Positions 13,434 through 26,380 of a stretch of DNA of 64,000 nucleotides are shown in pieces (within the stretch, counting starts at the first letter, position 1; each line of letters begins with the position of its first letter). The stretch is from contig OZ024740.1 of the NCBI GenBank assembly GCA_964016885.1, positions 236,902,001 to 236,966,000 of the forward strand, written 5' to 3'. This DNA is from Eledone cirrhosa. Taxonomy: Eukaryota. The translations under genes and the position numbers were made by a program. The notes beneath the pieces are model-generated. The model saw nothing but the letters and a program-made list of their open reading frames with translations, ran no database searches and had not been told where the DNA came from.

Positions 13434-14679
13434 ATAAAAATTGTAATTTCAATTTTAATTGTTAACTGGCAGTTGTTTCATTATATGTAATGGGGAGGGG
13501 GGGGGGGGGGCAATTCTATTCCATTATTGAATTGTTATGCAGAAAGTAATATGTAAATGACAGCAATAAAGTTAATTTGTGGTTAATGCAAATTCAATTT
13601 AGCAACACTAGTTGCTAGGTTAACTGACATTTGTGGAGAACAGAATATATAACTATAGAGCTTTGCAGTAGTATGTGGATGTGTTCAGTAGGGAAGAATT
13701 GAAAGAATACAGTATGATACAATATTTCCAAACGAGATAGGGGCTTGTGATTAGAAAGAAGCTAACCAATTCAAGTCATTATTTATTGGTTGTCTTTCTT
13801 CAGCTCTAATCAAGCAGATCTATGATCAAAGGCATTCCATCTATTACCATCCCATCATTTTTCCATTGTTAAAAAAAAGAAAAATAAGACAATTGAATGT
13901 GGTTGCAGAGAGATTTGACTATTATGTCTAAAAGGTCAAATAGCCATGAAGAGGCTCTCCCATGAACTTATTTAGTTGTTTTGTCGATCAGTTGTCAAAG
14001 AAATGTAGACAGCTGTTTGGCTGAGTGATACATCATATACTTCATCTTAATAACATGTAGTTTATCTTAATTTGTTTGGTTGAAAGTTGATTGATTTTTG
14101 TTTTATGCAGAGTTCATTAACCTCCCTAGTGTTGTTGATTTACATGATAAACACACTCATACATCCTGTTATGTGGTTGGTGATAGGAAAGGCATTCAGC
14201 CAATTGAAAACCTTCCAAAGAAAGGGTTTGGGGGACTCTTCAGCTGTGTCAAAGACATGACAACCTCACTATTGCTAATATCATGGTAAAATGCACTTGG
14301 TAGTGAGCAGGATTATATGTAGATGGGCTGCAGGCCACCTGCCTTTCTGAGCACTCAGTAGAATGCAGGAACATATTTAAGCAAGATGTATGCTTTCAGT
14401 AACTCCACATGAGTACCAGCCTGATATGCTGGCAACCCAACCAACTCTTGTAAATAGAAAAAGTGGATGACATTAAAAGATGATGATGAAACATGGAATG
14501 TGTTTATGACTTATGCTGTCTTGTTCTTTCTTTGATTGATGAAAGTGATGTGGCTGTTGTTCAGCTTGAATTTCTGCATATGAATTAACAATAATTTTTA
14601 GAATATTCTATTGAATTTCACAAGACATTTAAATACATTTTCAAGAATTTTTGAACCTCAGTTTAAAAAGTGTTTTGGC

Positions 14680-14917
14680 TTTAGACTTTAGGGCAAGGAG
14701 CAGGCCATATGTTACAAGCTAGATATAGTTAGGGTTTCCTCAACAAAGTTCTGTGGCTCTGGTACTGTAAATTTGGATGGCGGGTGGAAACTTCACTATT
14801 CAGGTTTGGTGTCAGAAATGACTGCACAGGCAGGAATGGGGATACTCACAAGCCCCTGGCTGTCAGAATGTGTTATGAAATGGATCCCATTCGGAGGGAA
14901 GATTTATCTCATGAAGG
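14680..14917 (+). mobile_element. RTE LINE AP-endonuclease fragment (same family as 34990-37190)
   Basis: LDIVRVSSTKFCGSGTVNLDGGWKLHYSG...AQAGMGILTSP aligns at DNA level with 35095-35340. Confidence 0.85.
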
Positions 14918-14968
14918 TCCTGTAATATCTTCAGCTAATGAATATATACAGATATCATTCTCACAGAA

Positions 14969-15075
14969 AGAGATATATAGCCAGCTAGTTAGATAGATAT
15001 ATAGCTAGCTAGTTAGATAGATATATAGCTAGCTAGTTAGATAGATAGATAGAGACAGATAGATAGGTAGATAAA
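14969..15075. repeat. Compound 24-bp tandem repeat grading into (GATA)n
   Basis: gatatatagctagctagttagata x3, then gata repeats. Confidence 0.85.
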
Positions 15076-15646
15076 CAGATGTTTCTCATTTAATGAAACC
15101 GTTTACAATATGTTGAGCTTTCTAAAGTATTTTAAATTAGATTTTTTTTTCTTTCATACACACCTCTTTAAGAAATTATTGTAAATTATCTCAAATATTG
15201 GCTTTAAAGTTAGTTTTAAAATCGATAATTATTTGCAGAATATTAAAGTAAATTCACACAAATTTATCAATAATTTAATCAATTAATGTTAAAAAATGTT
15301 TAAGACAATTGAATAATCTACCAAATTCTTCCTCCCCTGGAGATATAATTTATTGTTAAATATTTTCATGACAGTAAAAATACAAAACTTAAACAAGACA
15401 GAAAAGAGTTAAAAAATATAGTTACTAGGTTTAGATTATCTTTGGATGTATAGTCATTAGTGTAGGTCAGTTATCAACCTTTTACCATTGTGATGTGTTT
15501 TGGTAAATTAATAAAACTAACACAATCCCAAACCATCCCTTGTTCTGTGAAACAAACCTACCCATTTCAAAGGGTTCCTGTTTAAAGTAAAAATCTTCCA
15601 GCATTATTTAATACAAGAACCCTTTGTTATGTTACAAATAGAATCT

Positions 15647-15839
15647 TAATAATTGTTTCTACTTTTGGCACAAGGCCAGCAATTGCCCAGTGTATTACTG
15701 GTACTTTATTTTATCGACTCCGTAAGGATGAAAGGCAAAGTTAACCTCGGCGGGATTTGAACTCAGAATGGCAAGGGCCGTAACTCTATGCGTCAAAGCA
15801 TGGCATCCGACCCTCTACCGATACTGCCAATTCACCGCC
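15647..15839 (-). mobile_element. tRNA-derived SINE with Deu/Nin-like central domain (family S1)
   Basis: Minus strand shows A-box tggcagtatcgg, B-box gagttcaaatcc, gcctttcatcc...gtcgataaaataaagtaccag and an (ATT) tail. Confidence 0.9.
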
Positions 15840-16619
15840 TGAAATAAAAGTATTTTGTTAGAAATATGGTAATGAAAGGATAAAAATATTCCATAAACAT
15901 TTCATACTTTTGTACAGATTTTGTTTGCAGTATATGTTGAAATCATTATGCCTATGAGTTAGCATATAAAATTCAACAATATTTTAAATTTTATCAAACA
16001 TTTCAAAAATCACTTTGTCATTGCAATTATCATCATCATCATTTTACATCCATTTTCTATGTTGACATGGGTTGGATGGGTTGTTATGCTCCAAAACTAG
16101 ACCATGTTTTGCTCACATGTCCCATATTTGGCTTGATGAAATTCCTAATACCAACTACATTACAGAATATACTGGATGTATTTTATTGAGGCACTTGCAT
16201 GGCAAATTTTCAGAATATCATGAACCATAGGCTAGGAATTGATGATATAAATTATCAAATGAGATGGCTGTATTAATACTATGCATTTTGTATGAGGTTG
16301 TCTATGATTTTTATGAGGTTAGCTATTTCTGTTATACCTGTTGTTACCTTGTTGGATATATTTTTCAAATTTATTCTATTGTTCTATTACGTGTTCCAGC
16401 CAACAGGCTGAGGCCATGCTGGGGCAACACCATTGTCTATAATTATTTTGTTTGTGGTAATTTTGAATCCTGAGAATCTTGATTTTATTTGTTTACTTCT
16501 TTCACTAATTTGCAAGTGGAGCTCTGAAATGTTATAAAAATAAAGCATTTTCACCAGAACTTAGTTTAGTTGATTTCAGACCTGGTTCTAATCTAAGCAA
16601 TATCTTTAACTAAGATTAT

Positions 16620-16760
16620 CCATTTCTTGTCAGAACTGATTCTGCCAAAGATGTATTAAATGGTTCTTCTCAGAACTAACTTTGCCAAGTCAATAAGCAA
16701 ATACAACAAATGCTTCTTCTCAGGATCAACTTTACCAAACCAAGAAGCAAATACAACAGC
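16620..16760. repeat. Degenerate tandem repeat of about 48 bp, roughly 3 copies
   Basis: ttcttctcagaactaactttgccaa...aagcaaatacaaca recurs. Confidence 0.65.
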
Positions 16761-17292
16761 TCCAAATTTTCAAACTATAATAGTTGACTGATTCACTCTG
16801 AGATGCCAGCTTGTACACTGGCTCAGAAATTTAGATTCACACAGTAACTATGAGATAATTTGTAAAATAACACATTTCTAGTTGAAACAATATTAGAACT
16901 CTGGTTCGTAAAAACCATAACTTCTGCTGAGAATTAGCATGACAAAAATATTTCTAAATAGCAATAAATTCCTTTCCTTATTTTCTGTAATTCTAATCTT
17001 CACTGCACATCCATATTACTTAAATTGTCTACATTTCTTTCATTACACTGTGTGTTCCCAATATGCTAAAAATAATTATCATATATAATTGTGTATAAGT
17101 TGCAGCTCTTGCCTAGAAAATATGATGCAAAAGCCCAGCATGTAACTTATCTACTGGCCCTACAAATTCCCCATTCAAAATATATAGTACATTGTAAATG
17201 TTGTATGTAAAATGGAAGTGTAACTTTCTATTAGTGTGATTCATAAACAAGTATGTATGGTAATACAGCAATGTGACGAAAAAATAGTTTTT

Positions 17293-17500
17293 CAGAAATC
17301 CTTCTGATCAATACAACTTCATGTCTATACTACACATCCCATCCTTCACAAAACCCTCTGATCAATACAGCTCCATGTCTGTACCACACATCACATCCTT
17401 CACAAACTCCTCTGATCAATACAGTTGAATGTCTGTATCCCTCTTCACATCCACCTTGAACTGCTTTTTGATTGGTGCAACTGCATCCCTGAACCACTCT
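17293..17500. repeat. 54-bp minisatellite, 3-4 copies
   Basis: tctgatcaatac at 17303, 17357 and 17411. Confidence 0.85.
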
Positions 17501-18636
17501 TCCCCTTTATCATAAGTTACTGGTAAAATCAGTTTCCCAGTGTAAGATTGCTGCCAAACAGTTTATTCTGATTATTTGTTAAACTGCTAAGCTATATCCT
17601 ACACATCCAGAACACATAATGCCTATTAACTAGTTGGAACCTGAAGCAAAGTAAGTGAAACATGAATAGAATAATGAATTAATAAAATTCCTATAAATAT
17701 TGATTAAAATATGCATCTATAAAGATAAATTATATTTACAGCTAAAATGGTTTTGAAACTAAACTGGAATCTCTCAAAATAAATAATTATAGTAGCTATC
17801 TCAATAAGATTTTAGACGCTAGCTTTTTCAGTACCACTATCAACATCATCATCATTATTCTGATTATCACTTCCATTCTCATTATTTTAGAAAGATTACA
17901 AGATGAAAGTAGCAATGAGATTTTATTAATAAACTCATAAATAGGTCTGTTAGTATGAAGGGAGGAAAGTATTTACATAATGATAAAGATTAAAAACAAA
18001 TCTCTATTTCAGAGTGAACTTATTGTCAGATCATCAAAGGCACTATCGACTCAGCAGAGGTTTATTGAACTTATTGCCAATCTTTTATCTGGTTCAATTG
18101 ATAACTTCATAAATTGTAGGTGAAACCAAATTGAAAAGAGAAAAAGATTAAATGAACCAAAGATAATTTCTAACTTTACAATATTTCATATTGGAATTTT
18201 AGGTAGATATGCAGTGAAGAAAGGCAATAAGTTCTATTTGCACATTAACAACATAAATACAAAAGCAACAATATTTCTATGTCTACCTAGAATAGAAGAA
18301 GAAAAATTAAAAGACTAATTGCAAAATTTGTAATATAGCAACCAATAACATTTCAAAGGAAAGGAACATTTAATCATGCATATTGGTGTGTAAAAGAAAC
18401 AAAAAGCTGTACAAAGAAATGTCTATTTAGATCACACTCAATGTAAGACTTGTTCTATATGTCTTACTATCAGATATGCCCAAAGGAGGAATTTAAAAGA
18501 ATATATTGCAATGATTTTAATTAATTGTCATAAAGTAAATACATTTCATGCTACGGAAATAAGTCAATCTATTTCCATAATAAAGTACATTGTATGAAAT
18601 AAAAGATATCGCTATCATGTAAAAATAAATAAATAA

Positions 18637-18852
18637 ATAATTTCTAATGCTAGCACAAGGTCAAAAACTTTAGGGCGAGAGGTTAAGCAATAAAATGGCC
18701 CCAGTACTTGATTGGTACATTATCTTAACTTCAGAAAGATGGATAAAAGACTAAGTTGATCTTGGTATTATTTGAACTTAGAACAAAAAGAGCAGGAACA
18801 AATATTGCAAGATATTTTGTCTGATTCTAATGATTCTGTCAATACACTGCCC
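18637..18852 (-). mobile_element. Older S1-related SINE (long variant)
   Basis: ataatttctaatgctagcacaagg...tggtac...atttgaacttagaac...ctgtcaatacactgccc. Confidence 0.7.
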
Positions 18853-19600
18853 TCATAACATTAATAATAATAATTTCTTAGATAAGCACAAGCCCAGAAA
18901 CTATATGGATTTTAGTACTTGGCAGTTATTTTATTTCATCAGCCTTATGAGGATAGATGAAACATTCTAAACACGTGGAATGCATTTTCTGTTATGTAAC
19001 TCTTTTTTGTCTAGTTAAATACTATATAAACTGTACTGAAGTTATACATCTAGTAATGATCAGAAAAACAACAGAGAGCTGGTCTTGGTTTGTTGTAACA
19101 TTTAATTTTACATCTATTTTTGCCTGATTACTAATCTACAAACACATAGAAAGATTCTAAAAGCCACAATGCCAAAAAATAAATATATCTTTCAATATTT
19201 TAACATAACACACTTTTGACTGAATATTTGAAATGGGAAATAAATTGTAAATAGTACAAATCTTTTTTTTTTTTTTCAGAACATTCAATGTTAAGAAGAT
19301 CCACAGGTGAGAATCAAAATTATGACCTTCAAATTATCAAGAAAGACCAAGTCATTGCTTTTCTATGAATGTAGAATAATCCACTGGAGGTGGGGGAGAA
19401 GGCAACTGTGTGAATATTTGGCATGCAAAATTGATTGGTCAAAACTAGGACAACAAGTATCTCTAATTGGGCGAATCTACTATTGTCCAATCAGAGTATG
19501 ACATACATGCATGTTCCAGAACATTCTGAAGTCTTAACTGGATATAAATATAAGACATTTTGTAATCTTTGATTGTTTGTACACCTTCAGAAGGTCAGTG

Positions 19601-19602
<2 letters not shown>

Positions 19603-19646
<44 letters not shown>
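19603..19646. repeat. (TA)n microsatellite
   Basis: Pure TA run. Confidence 0.97.
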
Positions 19647-19648
<2 letters not shown>

Positions 19649-22600
19649 TCATCTTTTTGTGTTCTCATTTCAATTGTTGGGGAAAACATAATGTTCAGTT
19701 CAATATCAAAGTGGGTTAATGTTGAAATATTGAATGCATTTCTTGTTTGACAGCTATTATTACATATCTATTTCTAATTTAAAGAGACAATACTTAGATA
19801 TTTACATTTATAGCAACATGTTATTTACAAATGAAATGGTCTTCCCACTGCTAGCCCTTCAACTATGAATTGGGAAGAACAGCTATTTTACATCTAGACT
19901 GATTAAGGCAAATAGATTAATGTGCCTTTGCTTAGAGGTGCAATACAATGGAAGTTGCTCAGTTCTGGGTCAGCCTAGTGGTCAATAACATTCAAGGTCA
20001 TGACTATCCTATCTTGGACGTCATGATCCAATGAGTCTTTTTTTAAGACAGTAGGGTGTGATTTGAGGGAGATTTCACTCATTTTGCAGGTTGAATGACC
20101 ATGTAGAATCTCCTTTGTTGTTTTGACACACCTTAATCCAATGGTTACTGAGCTTCTGAAAATATTTTTAACAATAAATAAGTTCATAGCATCACATATA
20201 ACTGTTTAATTTGAGCAAAACAAATTGTTCTTTCTGTTTAAATGCCTATCTTCTAAGAACTGTTGTTCAGGAAAATATATTCAACAGAATTGATAAGTCT
20301 TTCCTAAATGAAGTGAAGGGAAGATTCAGAGCTAATTTTAAATAGGAATGTCTATCTAAGCAAACCAGTTGATTAAACAGAATTATGTGTTACTCAACCA
20401 TAAAACATTAATATGAAAATTATATGGAGAAGAAAAAACTAAGGACACTAGGAATGGTCTATGTTGATAAACCTTAGTTAATAAATATTTTATGAACTTA
20501 AATAAGTTTGCACATCATAGTGGCTTCTAGGTGAGACGATGTTTGGGACAAACAAAACAAGCTACTTCTCAATTCTCTAAAGACTAGCCTTGCCAGAAAT
20601 GATGAAACTGATCTCTCATCAAGCACACAAACCTATGTAAACAATATAGTAAAATAAAATAATATACTATGATTAGTCTAAACTGGATATGGTTAATCTG
20701 AAATATGTATGATTAGATGTAATTTGCATGATTAGTGTAGAATTTGCTCAAAACATATTAATGAATAGTTGTAAGCCATTTTGGGGACAAAGACTCCAAA
20801 GATTCTTATATATAAAATTCTATAAGAGTGACCAAATTATTAATATTCCAGTGAAAAGTATTGGAATTAAAAAAATCAAAATCAATAATATATTCATAAG
20901 TAGAGTAATTCTAACACTATTAGTATGGGAGAAGTGAACAGCAATACATTTCCTTAAATCAAAGGAACATTGAGGTAATCCAATATAGTAGATATGACAC
21001 AAATTTCTGAAAAGAGACCAATAAATAACTCTGTATTGTCTGCTGCAGGAACTTCATCTTATATTGCCACTGCAAATACTGGGCTGGAGTTAAATGTGAT
21101 AGTCTGATGTGGAGACTGCACTGAAACTAAAACCCAGGTTCAGATACATAATCTCCTTTGGCAATATTCTAATTTCAAGTGTCTCAATGTAAGAAAGTAA
21201 CTGTGAAGGTATTCCTTTTACTACTTATACTTGACTGGACATTGAAGTTGATCAAACACAACAATCCTATTTATGAAGTTTTCAATATCTACCTTTATGC
21301 TATCTTACTTTATGTTACACCTAATTTGTAAAGTAAGTACTAGAACTGGAAAGACCTTCTTTACAAAACTTTCGGCTATGAAGCACTCATTGGAGGTTTC
21401 TGTAATCAATTTAATGGCAATGATGTAGTCAGACAGAAAATTTGATACTGATTTGGTCACTTGCAGTATATTAGTGAAAACAGTTTTGAAGTTTAGAACA
21501 TTCTAGTTTTAGAGATGTCTAAAAACTTTATTAGCTGAGTTTTGAACCATCTTTGTATCAATGTTGGACTTATTTTCACCAAAGAAATGTAACTAAACTA
21601 ATCTACAATGTATTCAAATTTCATATCAGAGAATCAATCTTCATCCTTTACTTTTGTGAAAGAATCATGATGTATTTTGAGTAATGTCTCTCCTTCTCAA
21701 ACACATGGATAAAAACATTACAAAACTTTATCAAACCATATCTAGCAGAATACTCAACAAAGAAATCAACAGCATTTTACGGGCAAAAGATTTAGTGTAG
21801 TCTGCCAAGGAATCATAGTATGTTGCAGGTAAAGTTAACATTAGTGGAAGAGTTGGATAAGAAGTTTACTATGACATCGGAAGAGCTAACAAATAATATA
21901 AGACTGAGATAGTTACTGTTATTCAGCACTGAACTGTCTTAGTTGGACGATCAATTTACCTCATATTGTATTCATGTCTGTACATATATTGAGATAAAGA
22001 ATATATGTTGGCAACAATCACAGGTTGGCTGAATGTAACCCAACACCCTCAGTTCATGGTGTGTTTGGCACTATATACACTAGTATTATTAAATTTAGCC
22101 TATGTTACAATTTATATCATGCTTTGGAGAAAGAAAAGTATTCAAATGCAATACTTTAATTTAATTAAGAGCAAGAATGTTTTATAATTATTGTGTTTTA
22201 GACTCTTCAAAAATATTTTGCAGATTGATTTAGAAATAAATTTCTGTCTTCCCTTGCCAAAATTTTACATAGGAGACTATCTAATTTGCATCAAATGATA
22301 GAATTTATATAGACTGAATAAAACCAATAAATAAAAACATTAGAAAATTCTGAAGATAAGCCAAGAAAAAGAAATAAGACCCCAAGGCAATTGCTTGAAA
22401 ATAGGATATAAAATTAATGATCAGTTAAACAGATGTCATTCCCACATGTAGCAATCTCTATAATTTTGTTACAGTGAGATGCTTTACACTTATTACTATC
22501 TTATCATATATATAATTAGTTTGTAAATATCTACTACATGATATTTTATATAATATGCAATTTGATTAGTTCTTAATATTATAGAAAAAAATTAAGATTT

Positions 22601-23513
22601 CTTTTCAATAAAAACATGTTGAGCAATTAAATTCTTCTTGGGCATGTATGATAGTGTTTTGGGACAAATCTTTACATGTGACACATCAGATCCATACCCA
22701 TCTCACATAACTGGACACAGTGAATGGCCCTGGTTGTAATTCAAGTTGACCTCTGCAAGAAAATGGCATACCTAGAAGAAATTCACAACTACATACTATC
22801 GTGTTACATTTAAAGATATCAACAAAACAATTTTTTTTTTCAAACGTATTTTTCACTGAAGAATAAGCAATATGAAAGAAAGAAAAATTAAATCACTAGC
22901 TTTTATCAGTTTGTAGATAATTAAATATATTGATTTTTTTTTTTTTTAGACAAAAAACAACATTAATAAGATCCAAAACTTTCTATCTCCAAAGTTGGAA
23001 ACATTTATTCTTCATAAATGCTAAAATAGTTTTATTCTGAATTAAGAAAAAAAAAAAAAGATGAGAATTTTGACATATTTCAAGTGGAATTGGTTAAATT
23101 TTAGCATAAGAGATAAAATGTAACTTCTTGAAAGCTCCACCAAAATATGAATTGACTTAAAGAAATCAATAAAATATTAATGATAAGACATGTTATTTAA
23201 AATGTAATATTTGGTTCCATTAGAAATTATGTACTAAAATCTAAAGTACTATCCAAAACAAGGCAATATTAAAATATAAAAACTACTCTAAAGGAGGTAG
23301 TCAAATACAAGCATTATCCACAGCACACAGGTGCTTTATGAGGGAGTTCTTAAGCAATTATTCAACTTGCTAGAAATAATAGCCAACTCTCCCTCAAACC
23401 ACACTCCATTTTCTAGTGCTTCACAATAATAAAGCTTTATATATTTGTAGTCCCCAAATTATATTAAACAATCAGCTTCAACATTGGAAACTATTTATCT
23501 GGGAGTTAATGTG

Positions 23514-23731
23514 TTAACCCTTTAGCATTTACATTACTCTATATATATACTATTATATTTTCACTGTAAATGCTTTATTTCACATAATATTGAATCTATG
23601 AGATTTTGATATTATTTATTTCGAAAACTATACCTTAACAACAATACGAGTGGCTGATTACGACTGGTTTGAAGAGAAAAAGGTGAGAGAATTTTGGCCG
23701 GATATGGCTGGTTTAAATGCTAAAGGGTTAA
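23514..23731. mobile_element. piggyBac-type MITE family B
   Basis: TTAA|ccctttagcattta ... taaatgctaaaggg|TTAA: perfect 14-bp TIR with TTAA on both sides. Confidence 0.9.
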
Positions 23732-24065
23732 ATATACTATATGAACTAAAATATCTAGGCTCAACTAGTTCATTCTGAGGTTATATAAGGTATTAGGATA
23801 AGCTTTAAATATTATTTTGAACCACTTCAAATACAACAGAAGGTTCTCAAAACTAGAATTTGGGATACTTTTTTTTTCTATATAAAATAAGAAATATCAC
23901 AAATCCAATTAATATGATAGAAGTAAAATAAATAACAGCTAAGATTATATGATCAAAAGATTAAACTAAAGTAATATTAACATTTGATATCATTTGGAAA
24001 AATCAAAACAAAAAAAAACTCAACAGAAGATTTAGTATAAACCACATTGTATTCACTAACATCAT

Positions 24066-24524
24066 AATGATTTCTAACATAGGCACAAGGTTAGATTGCA
24101 AAGAGCTAGAATAAATACCATAATGGAATTTTATCTGACAATCTACCTAGTCTGCTACTCTACAATCCTCAAACTAAGGTAATAATTGTTTCTACTTTTG
24201 AAATAAGGCCAGCAATTTTCCCAGTGCATTATTGGTACTTTATTTTATCGACCCCGTAAGGATGAAAGGTAAAGTTAACCTTGGCAATGATTTCTAACAT
24301 AGGCACAAGGTCAACAGTTTTTATGGGGGCTGGGAAAGTCAATTACATCAACCCCAATACATGACCAGTACTTTATTTTATCGACCCCAAAAGGATGAAA
24401 GGCAAAGTTACCCTTGGTAGATTTGAACTCAGAATGCAAAGAGCCAGAACAAAAAATACCATAATGGCATTTTATCTGATGCTTTACCTATTCTGCCAAT
24501 CCACCATCCTAAAACTAAGGTAAT
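24066..24524 (-). mobile_element. Cluster of three S1-type SINE pieces with a duplicated flank
   Basis: aatgatttctaacataggcacaagg at about 24066 and 24286; aaactaaggtaata follows both long-variant copies; a partial short S1 (24178-24285) lies between them. Confidence 0.8.
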
Positions 24525-24873
24525 ATTAATATTCGATCTCACTTGGAAATAAAAGAAAAAAAGAAAAAAAAAGAAAATAGAAGATTTAGTACATATCAGA
24601 ATTGATTCACCAGCATCTTATGAAAAACATTAAATGGTTGTCACTAAAAAGAGAAATGGAGGAAACAGTCTACCCAATAGTCATGTGATAATGATGTTGG
24701 AATAATATCAGCTCTTTCATGTTATATATCATCATCATCATCGTTTAACGTCTATTTTCCATGCTACCATGGGTTAGTATCATATAAGCTAAACAACAAC
24801 AGAGACTAAGAGACTATATCAAGCTGTGAGATAACAGTATTAATAACAGAATTAGAGAGCTCATTATACTTAC

Positions 24874-24899
24874 TTGTTCATTTCGTCCTGAACGGCTTC
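24874..24899 (-). CDS. Candidate 26-nt coding microexon (EAVQDEMN + 2 nt) of an unidentified host gene
   Basis: Minus strand: ttttgttttctttttcttaattttctatttctag|GAAGCCGTTCAGGACGAAATGAACAA|gtaagtat. Confidence 0.6.
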
Positions 24900-24974
24900 C
24901 TAGAAATAGAAAATTAAGAAAAAGAAAACAAAATTATTTCGGATGTTGAATTTCAAAGTAAGAATATTTAATTA

Positions 24975-25140
24975 CTGTATTTATCAGCGTATAACACAAT
25001 TCTTTCCTAAAATTTGGAGCCTAAAATCTACCTGCATATTATACACGCATACTGCCTTTAATTTATTTTTACTTATCCTTCTTTCTCAGAATTAAGGTGT
25101 GTGTTATACACCGATGTATGTTATAAGCCGATAAATATGA
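24975..25140. mobile_element. Tc1/mariner (Tc2/pogo-like) MITE
   Basis: TA|ctgtatttatcagcgtataaca ... tgttataagccgataaatatga|TA: imperfect 22-bp TIR with a TA target. Confidence 0.7.
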
Positions 25141-25523
25141 TAATGGAATTTTGAAGAAAGAACTGATTATAATAATTATTCTTAAACAAACAGAAGAGAA
25201 AGTTATATAAATAGATTGGAACCTATTTTGGCTAGTCAGGCTCATAATGGAGTCTGGAAAATCATATGCCTTATTGATAAATATCTCTTGTATTAAAGTA
25301 TGACCTTATGACCACTTAGATAACTCTTTAACTTTATAGTCATTGTGACTATAAAGTTCTGGACTCCCCAATGTGCCTGACTGGCAAAAACAGGTGCCAA
25401 TCTTACTTTGCAGTTCAGTAGTTAACAGTACAAAGAAAATCCAACACAACAGAACTTATATAACATGAAAGTTCAAAACTTAAGTCAGGTATTCTATATT
25501 ATTTCATTTTCCTTATCACCTGT

Positions 25524-25709
25524 CAGGGCCAGATTACATCCTTTTTAGGCCATTACCATGGACAGATTAAGGTGCCCTCCACCCCATATATAAAATTTGA
25601 AAAAAAAAAACAAAACAAAGTGTGAGATAATGACAAATACATTTAATTTGAATAAATTAGCGCCTCTCTTCCTTTGTGCTTATTTTGCTAAATGGTTAAT
25701 CCAGCCCTG
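25524..25709. mobile_element. hAT-like MITE relic
   Basis: cagggccagatta ... taatccagccctg inverted termini; the 8-bp TSD is poorly preserved. Confidence 0.5.
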
Positions 25710-26380
25710 CAACTTATGTCTGGTACAACATCATAAGTGAACATTAGTTAATGTTGAGTTTTTTAAAGTTATGTGTAAGTACAGAAAAAATGAAATGAAA
25801 TAGAGCAAACAGTGATACTTAAATCCACAAAAGAAGATATGTTCAGTAACATTTAAATCTTTTCACTGTTCATTAAACAAATAATTACTTCTACCTTTCC
25901 ATGCAAAAGAAAGAAAATAAAAAAAGTGAACTATTCTATTAATTAGACAGCAGTAGAAAAGGGAAATATGATATACTAGCAGAATGACCCGGCATTGCTC
26001 GGGATTCTAAACATAGATTGGCATGTTTAACCCTCCTTTCTCAAACAGTTTTGTCGTATGTTCACCAATTGATGCAGAAGTCCTAATAAAAAGTGAAGTC
26101 GCCTTGGGTGAATAGGCAAATAATTTTCCATTAAGATTTTTCAAAAGCATGTAATTGTGTTCCCTCTCTTTTTTGTTGTTGTTTTTGCTGCTGTTGGTGT
26201 GATAGCAGTCGTTGGTCGTACTACTATCACAGTCTCGTCCTTCTTCAGCCAATCGTGTATATTCCCTTCTGTCTCGTCAGCAATGAGAACAATATTTGCT
26301 CTACGGTTCTTATATATTTGATATATATTTATCCTTATCGAGCCTCGTGAAATAAATACGTTTGTTTATATTTTGTTATT

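Noticed and set aside
19280-19306. Plus-strand 27-nt microexon (T14-CAG ... CAG|GTGAGA)
   Set aside because: The splice signals look good, but it is opposite to the two stronger candidates and the donor region resembles a decayed antisense SINE head. It is not excluded without RNA data.
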